Origin: the human T2T-CHM13v2.0 reference genome, Homo sapiens
Reading direction: 5' to 3' (one strand)
DNA length: 64,000 bases
Assembly: GCF_009914755.1 (NCBI RefSeq)
Contig: NC_060928.1
The notes beneath the pieces are model-generated. The model ran no database searches. It was given only the letters and a program-made list of their open reading frames with translations, and was not told the DNA's origin. The translations under genes were made by a program, and so were the position numbers. Below are positions 1 through 12,564 of this stretch, in pieces (within the stretch, counting starts at the first letter, position 1; each line of letters starts with the position of its first letter).

Positions 1-120
1 ATAGGTTTGTGACATTAATTGTGGTGACGGTTTTATAGATGTATACTTGTTTCCAAACCTATCACATTGTTTACATTAAATATATACAGGTTTTTGCTCG
101 CCAATACTTCAATAAAGTAG
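1..120 (+). mobile_element. 3' terminus of an old L1M element
   Basis: ttgtggtgacggtttt...caataaag resembles the L1MB/MC 3' end. Confidence 0.6.
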
Positions 121-224
121 TTTTTTAAAAAAAGGTTAGGGAACCTTCACCAGAATATACCACTATTACATAAAGTACTTCTAGTACATATTCCACAGTC
201 TGCAGTGTCCTTACCAGTGGTCAG

Positions 225-350
225 TAGTACCATCTACATTTTCTGACCAAGGAAACTGAGGCCCAGCAAGATTATTTGACTTGCCCAGAGCCTTGCGGTT
301 CTTAAGGGGCAGAGTCAGAGGTCTGACACCAAAGCTCCTACTCTTCCCAC
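225..350 (-). mobile_element. MIR fragment
   Basis: ggaaactgaggcccag...gacttgccca core motif. Confidence 0.65.
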
Positions 351-2704
351 CAAGGCAGGTCATCTACAGCACCTTCTACTCTTAAGGGGTCTGCCATTTC
401 CACCCTCTCTGAACAGACATAAAACAAACAAGTGTATTATGTCTGTGTGTGTCTTTATGTGAGTGTGTAGACTCTGAGGAACAGGTAAGTCTTGGAATCC
501 CTTGAGTGTTTAGTGTGAACCTAGTATGTTTAGCCAGCCAGTATCAGGTCAGTACCCTTTAGCCAGCCAGCCTCATTTTCCATTTGGTCCAGCAAAATGG
601 AATGCCAAGAATAGTGATGGGGCTAACAGGATGCATGAATCCATACTTGTTGAATAACTTATTAGGTAGAAGTAGCAGGTCAAACAAACCTTTCCCCCTC
701 AGATACGCTCAGCAACAATTCAGTGTTGCGGCTCTCCTGCTCCTCAGAGAGCTCTTATTACCCCAGCAGTGGGGACACTCAGAAACCCTAAGACCACAAG
801 TCTTTGTGTTGAAAGAGGCTACAAGTGCGGAAAAGAGGAAAAATAAGGAAAGGAGTACCTCATTAACAGTATGGAGATTTGAAAGTACAGGCTTTTGAAA
901 GTGACTCTCTGAAGCTCCTGGGCCACTCAGCTTCTCCTCTAACTTCCTGTCTGCCCCCAACAGTGGGGGAGGTCAACAGAGGGGCTGGCCAGTCAATAGA
1001 ACTAGCAACTGCTGAAATCCACATGAAGCTATGGTGGAGAATGTGACCCTTCCAAAAGGAAACCACAGCTGGTTGTGGAATGCAAGATGCGGAAGCACTG
1101 ATGCCTGCCTTCTATGCTGTTGCTATTGTGATTTCTGCAGCATTATGAGGAAGGTTTCTGATGGAATGAATTTTGCATCTTTTAAGAAAGTGTCTCTATA
1201 CCTGGATATGTGCTTGATAAGGTTAATAGAGCAATTCTTGGTGTGTCTTTTTAACCCACAGGAAGGTTAACAGAGGCTTTCATCGTTGGTCCTGTAAGCC
1301 TACCCTGAAAGGAACTTTCTGGAAAGAGTCCCCTCCCCCTTAAAAAATGCCTTATAGAATCTTGAGGTTTTGAGGTTGATGTGTTTCCACACCCAAATAA
1401 CCCCAAAATAGTTCATCCTATTGAAATTCTTGGTGTCCTGGAAAGCATTCTATGGAAAACCTGCCTGGTCAGCCAAGCCCACACGTGAGTCTATGCAGAC
1501 ATCTCCTCTAACCTCGCAAGCCCCAGGAACCTCCTCTAACCTCTCAAGTCCCAGGATCTGAGGACCAATTTTTAGCACAATCTCACACAACAAACCTATT
1601 GGGCACCTAATAATAGAAACAAGCTAATGAATGTTTTGACTGTGACAAAAAAAAATGGTTTAATAACTTTTTATAAATGCATTGTTTCTTCTCATTGTCT
1701 CAGGGTTATGCCAAAATTAATTTCAAAACTATCTGCTTAAATGTGTCCTTGGACAATAATCACCAGTAAGTCCTGACTTCACCCCCTTTCTGGTAGCGGT
1801 CTGACGTTCCTTTGCAGAGTTTCGCTTCCATCGATAAGTTACTTTAAATAAAAAGTTAAAATAAAAACTAGAAGCCACAATTGTGCCTATGTCAGTCATC
1901 GAAGTCTTGTACAGGAGTCCGTCTTCGCAGCGCATCGTTCTCAGAAGTTTCCCGCGGGAGGAAAGCTCCACTTTATGAATTACTCGAACAGCTTCCCTGG
2001 GAATGCCCAGCCCCGAAGCTTCCCTGCTGAATTCAAAGTCAGAGCTCCCAGGGCTCGGTCCCAGGAACCGGGAGCCGTGCAAAAAGCGCGTACACTGCCA
2101 TCCACTGGCCCCGAGCAGGTAGTAGCAGGAGTGAGGCGCCTGCCACGGGAGCTCAGGAACTGGGTCCCAGTAAGATCCGACAAGACACCACCTCCCTTCC
2201 GCCCGCACAGCCTGCCCTCTCTGCCTGCAGCTAGCGTCACCGGTCGGTCCCCGATTCGGAGCAGCTGGGACCCTCGCGGTAGCAAGCGGATTCCGGGGCC
2301 CTAATGACACCGAAGGAGAGGGGCAGCTGCAAATTAGACCTTCTTCCTGGGGGCTCAGGCCAGTAGGGACTGTCCGTGGTGCCCTTCCCTTTCTTTCTCC
2401 TCCTGAACGAGAGCCAACGCTGCCCCTTCCCAGGACTGGATCTGAGCCAACCAAATCCTACAGCGCAGAGCCTGCGCCCCCGGCGGCCAGCCCTCCTGTG
2501 CCTAGGCAGGTTCACGCCGGAGAAAGTTTGCACGCAGGGACCTACAAGTTCCCAGCACTCTGCAAGAGGGCCAGTTCTGGGATGCCAGCACTTAGGACGG
2601 GCGAGTGATCCCCAGGCACCAACTGGGGGCCGGGGAACCAAGCGCGAGCCCGGGCTGTGGAGGGACCGACACCCAGGCGCTCGCAGCTGGGGAAGGGGGC
2701 TTAC

Positions 2705-2974
2705 GTCTGGGGCAGGCAAGACTGCTGCACAGTCCCTCCAGCCACCCGGCGCCCGCGACGCCGGCGCAGACAGGAAGCTGTAGATCCCCGAGGGGCTGGC
2801 TCCGACAGCTCCACCTGCAGCCTCCCCTGCCGCCAGTGTGCAGCCAAGTCCACTAGATGCTTGGAGGGCACCGTGCGGAGGAGGGACTCTGCAGGAAAGG
2901 TGGCATCACCCCCGGCATGGAGACCGGGGTCTCCGGATCGAGCCGACTCGAACACTGAAGGAAACCCTGCCCAT
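2705..2974 (-). pseudogene. CORIN: Alternative CORIN first exon (E1a-like), a rodent-type long-tail coding exon disrupted by one in-frame TGA
   Basis: Strong-context ATG (GTCATGG), 90 codons MGRVSFSVRVGSIRRPRSPCRG*CHLSCRVPP...WRDCAAVLPAPD, donor GAC|GTAAGC phase 0; resembles recalled mouse corin N-terminus MGRVSFSVRV...APPAPD. Confidence 0.85.
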
Positions 2975-3218
2975 GACCCTGGGAGGGTCTCGGACGCCGG
3001 GCGACCGGGGTGGTGGTCGGGACCAGGGCCGTGCGCCTGGGAACTGGGTGCAGGGCGCTGAGCGCGGAACTGTCAGAGCGGGAGCTCACCGGCGGCTGGG
3101 GAAGGAGGTGGCATCGGGCGGAGGAGAGGACGGGGGCGGGAGGGGCTGACCCTGAATTCACCGGGACTAAGAGGCCATCACACCTGGCTGCGGTAGGACA
3201 GCGAATCATCGATCTTAC

Positions 3219-3281
3219 CGGCTTTGGGGACCCGGCTCTGCGGTAGCGCTCTTCCGGAGCGAGGGCAGGAGACTGTTTCAT
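3219..3281 (-). CDS. CORIN: CORIN (atrial natriuretic peptide-converting enzyme) coding exon 1, cytoplasmic N-terminus; gene continues beyond the window start
   Basis: ATG at 3281-3279 gives MKQSPALAPEERYRRAGSPKP (63 nt, phase 0), followed by donor CCG|GTAAGA; matches the recalled human corin N-terminus. Confidence 0.96.
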
Positions 3282-3315
3282 GGATAAAAAGTCTCGCTTA
3301 TTCTTCTGTCCACTT

Positions 3316-3321
3316 TTATCT
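3316..3321 (-). promoter_or_regulatory. GATA motif (AGATAA) 35-40 nt upstream of the CORIN ATG
   Basis: TTATCT on + strand; corin is known to be GATA4-regulated, but function of this copy is not shown by sequence. Confidence 0.5.
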
Positions 3322-3738
3322 TGGTCGCTTTTCTCTCCTCTACGTGTCCCCCGGGGAGGCACTACGGATGATTTTCTCCAAGCTCAAGAGAGACAAACTG
3401 AACTTTAAGCGCCAGGGGCCCCATATTTTGTCTGCTCTACAGATCCCACCCGCGGGCCACACCCTCCCTTCACTCCCGTCTCTGGGTCCCACCCATAATA
3501 ACCCGTAATGACAGATCCTCCGTGTCCCCACCTCTTTGCATTCAAAGAAGTTATTCTTCAGGGGCATATGGAAAGTCAGTTTCTGCTGGTCTCCCTCAAA
3601 AACTTACACTCCACGAGGGCAGCAGAAAAGGACAGGACGATTAAGTTTAAGTTGTGGAAGACTGGTTGGGAGCAAAAGAGTTACTTTTCTCCAAATTTGC
3701 CATATCACATCGAAAGCATTTTCTTTTAACCAGAGTGT

Positions 3739-3789
3739 AGCCAATCAAAATTAACTGCAGGCGCTGGCAATTAAAGAACAAGTTTATCT
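3739..3789. promoter_or_regulatory. CCAAT box (AGCCAATCA, 3739-3747) and second GATA motif (TTATCT, 3784-3789) in the CORIN upstream region
   Basis: Exact consensus motif matches ~460-510 nt upstream of the ATG. Confidence 0.45.
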
Positions 3790-4484
3790 CAAAAAAGGTT
3801 TAACGTTTGGAGGCCATTATTTGCATCAGGCATATGGAAACTTGCGTTCTGTTAGGTATGCTGAAGAAACTGCTTTTGCCAGACTGCCTGAGTCTTTGCT
3901 GAGGCTGCAGGGACAAGGGAGAACCCCACCCTGACTGCTTCCAAAACCCTAGTTCCTGATTTCCTGCAGAGGGCACCTACAGGCTGAACCTAAAAGGCGA
4001 ACAAATTCCTGCCTGTCATTCAAAAGCAGCTACCTTTTCTAAGGCAGCGTCAAGGAGGGCACTGGAGGTACTCAACACAGTAATGATTACTTTACCAAGT
4101 CCAAGGCAATTGTCAAATGTGGCAAAGAAAAACACTTCATTGGGTTTTTCTTAGAAATGATTTTTCATCCAATTTCAATCAAGATCTTAATGGAAATTTT
4201 GAAAATTACTCATGAGGTTATTTAATAAATCCATCCCCATTATTTAAAGAAAGCCATGTAAAGACAACAAAATATGGGCCAAGCACTTGTTCTTGAACAT
4301 TATTGCTGAGAAAAAAATATGCATTTGTAAAATGGGGGGGGGCAGTATTTTGTTTCTGAAGTGAGATCAAATGTAGAAAATATTGCATATGTATAGTAAA
4401 ATGACTGAAACACTGATTCCATGTTATTCTAACATCCGATTTGTAAACCAGTATCTGACAAATTTATCATAATTCACAATAATT

Positions 4485-4695
4485 CAGTTCATATTATGTG
4501 GCAGGTGTCATACTAAGCACTTTACATGTATTCTTTCAGTTCCACCAACTACTCTGAGGAAGAAGCTATTATTTTTATTTTAGAGATAAGAAAGCAGATT
4601 CAGGGAGCTGAAGTGAAGTAACCAGCCTACGCAAGCTAGCAAGAAGCTGAGCTGGGATTCCCCCGAGGCAGTGACTTCTGGATTGTGTTCTTACT
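4485..4695 (-). mobile_element. MIR fragment
   Basis: ctaagcactttacatg...attttagagataagaaagcaga. Confidence 0.6.
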
Positions 4696-5182
4696 AAGAT
4701 ACTACCTCATCACACACCATCACCGCATTGCCAGTCTGGGAATCAAGAACTGGGAGCAAATCACATAGTCTTTCTGGGCCACAGTTAACTCAGCCTATAA
4801 CATAAGGGCTGGATTCAATTGCTAAGGTTTCTACAGGCATTCTGAGGCCAAGTACAAGTTTCTATTTCATCTTCTTTCTCTTCCACTTTCTGCCCTCTGG
4901 TGGAGGTGCTACAGGGACTATGAAATTAAAGTAGCTACGTCAGTGGATTTGAGATAGGGTCGATCAGTCTCCCTCACTTTTCCACTTTTAGTTCCTCTGA
5001 GAACTAAAGCTAATTGCATTAATGGTGTAAAATAAACATTTTTTAAACTTCCTTTTAGCAAGAAAACCCAACCAGTTCTAGTTACCAACAGCACCAGAAT
5101 TAATACCTGAGGTATTCTTTGCATGAAGGTAATGACATAAAAAATGAGGGTAAAGATGTTTTATATTCTTTATAATAAACTT

Positions 5183-5333
5183 TTAAAATGTCAAGAATCA
5201 TAAACTATTAGAAGTCTCAAAACATATTCAAACTGATTTGAATATGCAGTGTGCTCATTAAAATGTCAAGAATCATAAACTATTAGAAGTCTCAAAACAT
5301 ATTCAAACTGATTTGAATATGCAGTGTGCTCAT
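5183..5333. repeat. Perfect 75-bp direct tandem duplication
   Basis: 5183-5257 is identical to 5258-5332. Confidence 0.95.
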
Positions 5334-6373
5334 AGTAATCTTTAATGACCTATTTGAATTATTCTTTAAAAAAAACTAGCTACATTTGCATTTCAGCTTC
5401 AAGTGACAACCATCATCTAGTTTCTTAAAATAATTTTACAAAAAGAAACATTTCTAGCCTATTGAAACTTTTATTGTCTAGCACTTCAAGCATACATCCA
5501 ACTAGTTAGATAATTTAAAAGAAAACACACACAAACCTTGAAGAGATTTATGGAAAAATTAAAGGTATTGAATATACCTCAGGAAACGGTGATTTTACAG
5601 AGCAAACTTCAGCCACATATCACATTACAGATCAAATTAGTACTTAGTACTACAACTGAAGACAATTTAAGAACAAGAAGAGATCACGGAGAAGCAAGCA
5701 GCATCCCAGGATGATAACAGGCAAGCAGTAGCTAAAACAGATATGCTACCCCATGGCTCATCTATTTAGCTATTCATTCAACTAATACTTATTTTGGGTT
5801 TGCTGGCTGCCAGATGAACAACCTAGACAGAGTTCCTGCCCTCACCAAGACTTTCAGTCTTGTGGAATGTATTAAACAAATACACAAACATGTAAACTAT
5901 GAAAAAATACTTGCAAATAATGTGAGAATAGCTTTGGGGAGTTAGAATGTAATATTTTCAGCTGAGATATAAAGATACAAAGCCTTCAAAATAAAAAAAA
6001 TTAAAAACAGCAAGAAAAAGGTAAACTGGAAATTTACCTGTTGCAGAGAGGGGAGAGTTTATTTAGTCAAAAGGGGGAAAACAACATACCCATATGTACT
6101 ATAATACACTCTAGCCCATTGATATATTCAGTATCTGATAAAACAATTTGTGTAGATCTTCTGTTTGATGTACATAATATTTCTGGGACATCAATCCCCT
6201 ACTCTAATATACCACAGTAGTCATTGGGAAGGAGGTAATATATGACCCTGTAAGAAATTTCAAAGGAATTTTATTTTTAGTCCTCTCACACATCTAGTGC
6301 TATAGAGGGGTCCCATAACTGCAATTTCACTGCCTAAATATGCCCCTACCTTTGGCCAGCATCCCACCCAGTC

Positions 6374-6424
6374 CTCCCTCAATGACGTGGAGCTCCCTCA
6401 ATGACATGGAGCTCCCTCAATAAC
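6374..6424. repeat. 19-bp minisatellite, about 2.7 copies
   Basis: ctccctcaatgacRtggag units at 6374, 6393, 6412; (CCTCA)4 nearby at 6453-6472. Confidence 0.85.
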
Positions 6425-6569
6425 AGTAACCGTATGTGCAAAAACTGAGATGCCTCACCTCACCTCACCTCACATCTGATGCCTCAGATTTTTTTTCTGA
6501 TTTGTGAATCAATTTGAGATGTCTTAAAGTTATGAGGTAAAGTCACATATCTATATTATTGTAGCTAAG

Positions 6570-6900
6570 CTATTCTATGTACTATGTGCCAGGCACTTCA
6601 TAAAGTGACATATAATTTTCTAGGTTTTTCATTCTTGAAACAAATCTAGTTTCCTTTGTCATAAAATGAGAAGTGTAATAGGCTCACCTAATACGGTTGT
6701 TATGAGGATTACATATAGAAAGTGCTTTAAAATAGCTATAGACACATAATAATAGTTAAAACTTATTGGGCACTTACTGTTATTTCTTATTGTCACCATT
6801 TTACAGAAGAAACTGAGGCTTACAAAGTTAAATAGCTTGCCTAAGAGCTCACAAGTAGAAAGTGGTAGAAGCAGAATTGGAGCCTAAAAAATCTGGGACC
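6570..6900. mobile_element. Cluster of MIR fragments in both orientations
   Basis: tagtttcctttgtcataaaatgag and ccattttacagaagaaactgaggct motifs. Confidence 0.6.
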
Positions 6901-6989
6901 ACAAACTAATCCTTATGTTCTGTAGCAGTTATTAAGAGAAGACCGTGATGAAAACATCCAAGGGGTTTACAGCTTAGAATACACTCTGA

Positions 6990-7430
6990 ATTTTCATTCA
7001 CCCAATAAATATTTACTGAGCACTGTAGTAGGTTAGTGTCCCCCCACTACTCCCTGCCAAATTAATGTCCACCCAGAACCTCAGAATGTGGTTCTGTGGA
7101 AATAAAGGCTTTGCAGATATAATTTGTTATATCTTGGTTTGGGACTTCTGGCCACCTAAACTGTGAAAGAATAAATTTCTGTTGTTTTAAGTAACTCATG
7201 TATGGTATCTGTTACAGCAGCCCTAGGAAACGAATACTAGCATCTACTATGTGGCCAGGCTTCTCTACTCTGAGGTTACAGTAATAAACAAAACTGCACT
7301 CCTGCCCTCATGAAGCTTACATTCCAGGGAAGGAGGCAGATAATAAACAGACACTTAATATGAGGACAGGTACTATTTATTGCTATGAGGAAAAAGTATT
7401 GTGAGAAGATAGAGGATGACCAGATGACAG
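6990..7430 (-). mobile_element. L2 3' fragment interrupted by an MLT1 LTR
   Basis: ttcattcacccaataaatatttactgagcac...tactatgtggccaggc...cctgccctcatgaagcttacattc. Confidence 0.7.
7024..7238 (+). mobile_element. Internally deleted MLT1 (MaLR) solo LTR
   Basis: ccagaacctcagaatgtg and aataaatttctgttgttttaag...cagcagccctaggaaacgaatac; 5-bp TSD-like agcac/agcat. Confidence 0.8.
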
Positions 7431-8994
7431 TGACTGGGGGGGGGGCTTTGGAAATATTAGGTGATGTATTAAGAGAATACATATATGGGATACAGAGGTG
7501 TTAACTCAAATGAATCTGGACTGTGGAGTTTCAAACTGCATACAATCCTTCACAGCACGACTTAAATTACTAATTGGAAACTTAGCAAGAAGAGAAGCTT
7601 AGTAAGCAATAGACCTGAGCTTGTTCAATAAGCCAAGATTCTAAAATATGTAAAAATGGCTTCCCAGGTGGACACCTGGTCTTGCTTGTCTCTTTAAGTT
7701 GCTGGAAATCACAGGGTCTCTCAGTTCCTCCCACCACTCCCAAATTCTCGCATCTTTTCTAGGAGGTAGTAGCTAGTACTTTGCTTCTTCCTCACCCTGG
7801 AAGCTCCCCAGCCTCATAAGCCTTGGGTCTTAGAGTGGTCTAATCACTGCCACTCGATAAAGACTGCAACTTCCACAGACCCAAGAAGAGACAGAGCTAT
7901 CTCATGTCAACTCTAGCTCTACAGCTTAGACATCTGCTTCAGTTCCCAATATCCAAGGACAGACAGACATTAACAGCTAGAGTCACCTGGGTCCTCAGAG
8001 GTTCTTTTTACAGCCTTCCTTTTACTGTCCTATACCTGGTCACAGCAATTTTGGCTACTGCTGCATTTTTAGTGTTCTTGGTTTAACACCCAACTAATTC
8101 TTTGTTCTTCTGGAGATCAGCATACAGCATCTCCCATTGTTTTAATAATCTTGATTATAAAAGGATGGATGAGGCCCAAGCACCCTAAAAAGTCACCCTT
8201 GGCAGTGGGCTAGATCCCCCACATGGGTGGCCTGGCTTAATCTTCACCTGTTTGCTTATGTGGAAGAACCCACAACACAGACCATATGCATAGTGAGGAC
8301 AGAATCTTCTATTAAGTTCATCACTGTGCCAGGTATCTAGGCAAAGAAAAAAAATATTTCTCAAAGAGAAATGGAACACTTTAAAATAAATCTCTTCAAA
8401 TTTTGTCTTAAATAGTATATCTATTTCCAAATAAAGCCTGTTTCTGGTATTACTCATGAGCATTTAAAATAACATGAAGAGCCAAAAAATTCTTATATGT
8501 CATCTCTCTCTAAACACTAGCACAGAGATTAATCTGTATTTAAAATTTTTAACCTTCATAGCCATTAAGTTCAAGCATCATAACTTCTTTATAGAAGGGA
8601 AATGTTTTCACTGTTTTGCCTCAGCAAAATTCCTTTGACAATTTCAGTAGCAATTGTACTTATTTGAGATTGTTTTCATTTAATTTAGATGTGAAATTAA
8701 CTGAAAAACAGTTTGTCAATTCTGAAAAGCATTTAAACCAAAAAAATCTAAAGATTTCAATATACATATTCCACAGATTTCAAATAGGAAGCTCATACAC
8801 TTTGTTAATGCCACAAGTAAGGAGGAAAACAAGACCACCACATTCACAATCTTAGGCCATTGTTAGTGGCTATTTGGTAACTTTTTCCATTCCTTCTCTA
8901 ATTCGCTCAGATTGAACCTAAAAGGACAATATGCATTACTTTATTTCCCTCAGAACAAATCAGTATAACTACTTAGATAAAACTTAACTTGTCT

Positions 8995-9580
8995 CTGCAT
9001 CATTATAGTCTTTTCTCTATATCGTAGCCAGCGGTCTTTAAAAAAAAGTCTCTTCCTTGTTTAAAGCCTTCCAATGCTGTCCATTGCAACTCAAATACAA
9101 CTCAAATTTCTTACCCTGGTCTATCAAGCATGACATAAACTGGCCTAGACACATCCTCCTCTCAATTTAAATTTCATTAGGCTCCAGCCACACCAGCCCT
9201 TCTTTCTGCTCCTCAGGTGTGCCAAGCATTTCCCGAACTGGGGACTTTGTACTTACTGCTTTCTCTCGTATAGATTTTTCGCTGATCTTCAAATGGAGGT
9301 CATTCAGGTCACGGCTCTAATATCCTCATCTCAGAGGGATTTTCCCATTCTAAATTAGCCAGTGTCCTTGTATCCCCTACTTCCACCACATTCTATACCA
9401 TTCCTCTTATTTTCTTGAATACCACTTACCACACATAAAATCACGTTTTTTTATGTCTATTACCTGCCTGTGCTTGTCTGTGCCTTAGCAACAATATAGG
9501 AGGAAAGATCACCATTATCTCCAGAACACAGAAAGTTCCTGACATATAGGAAACACATCTGTTGACTGAATAAGTGAAGG
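8995..9580 (+). mobile_element. L2 3' fragment
   Basis: aaagccttccaatgct...ccagccacaccagcc...tgttgactgaataagtgaa. Confidence 0.65.
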
Positions 9581-10018
9581 AATAGTTGTGTGACTTTGGG
9601 TAAATAAGTTACACTCTGAGCTAGCCAAAAAGATGAAAAAACAACAAACAACTTCATATACCATTCATTCAGTCTCCTTCCTCTGCTCCTAAATTCTTTT
9701 CCCCAAATTAGGAAAAACAATTTAGCTAGTACCGAAGCCCTACAAACAACAGATATGAACTAGGTTTCATGTTCACTTAATAGGCCAAGATTCTGACACA
9801 GATGGAAATGACTTTCCACGTAGACACCCGGTTGTTCCCTTAACACTCAACTTTTAGTTAGTACAGGTAATAACTTGAGTGTAGTGTATCTGATTTAGAG
9901 CTTCTGAAATGCCAACCCTGTAATTCTACCACTGGGAAAGGTTAACAATTCTAAAATCAAAACACCCATGAAGAAAGGAATGACTGTCCTTTAATTCTGG
10001 ACACCAGCTAATACTCAG

Positions 10019-10357
<339 letters not shown>

Positions 10358-10373
10358 CTAAATTTTGAATTAG

Positions 10374-12423
<2,050 letters not shown>

Positions 12424-12564
12424 CATATCTACTTTTTAGATACTTTTAGGTATCCATCAATGACTGTCTTCCACATGAAGTATCAGAATTTCATACATTG
12501 ACACTAATGCCTAACTTAAAATTATAGGCTCCTGAATATTTTAGCTAATAATAAATATTCTAGA

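Larger units (their letters stand above)
1900..3490. promoter_or_regulatory. CpG island over the CORIN first exons and proximal intron 1
   Basis: Sharp rise in GC and CpG density relative to AT-rich flanks; boundaries approximate. Confidence 0.85.

Noticed and set aside
584-1270. 67-104 aa ORFs in CORIN intron 1
   Set aside because: No recognisable domain, and lengths are within chance expectation.
1729-3567. Many overlapping 75-241 aa ORFs on both strands
   Set aside because: Expected by-product of stop-poor CpG-island composition (Arg/Pro/Gly-rich, no domain). Only the 3219-3281 exon and the 2705-2974 frame have splice and homology support.
5183-6424. Direct repeats as a CRISPR-like array
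   Set aside because: Units are contiguous with no spacers, only 2-3 copies, eukaryotic context, no cas genes.
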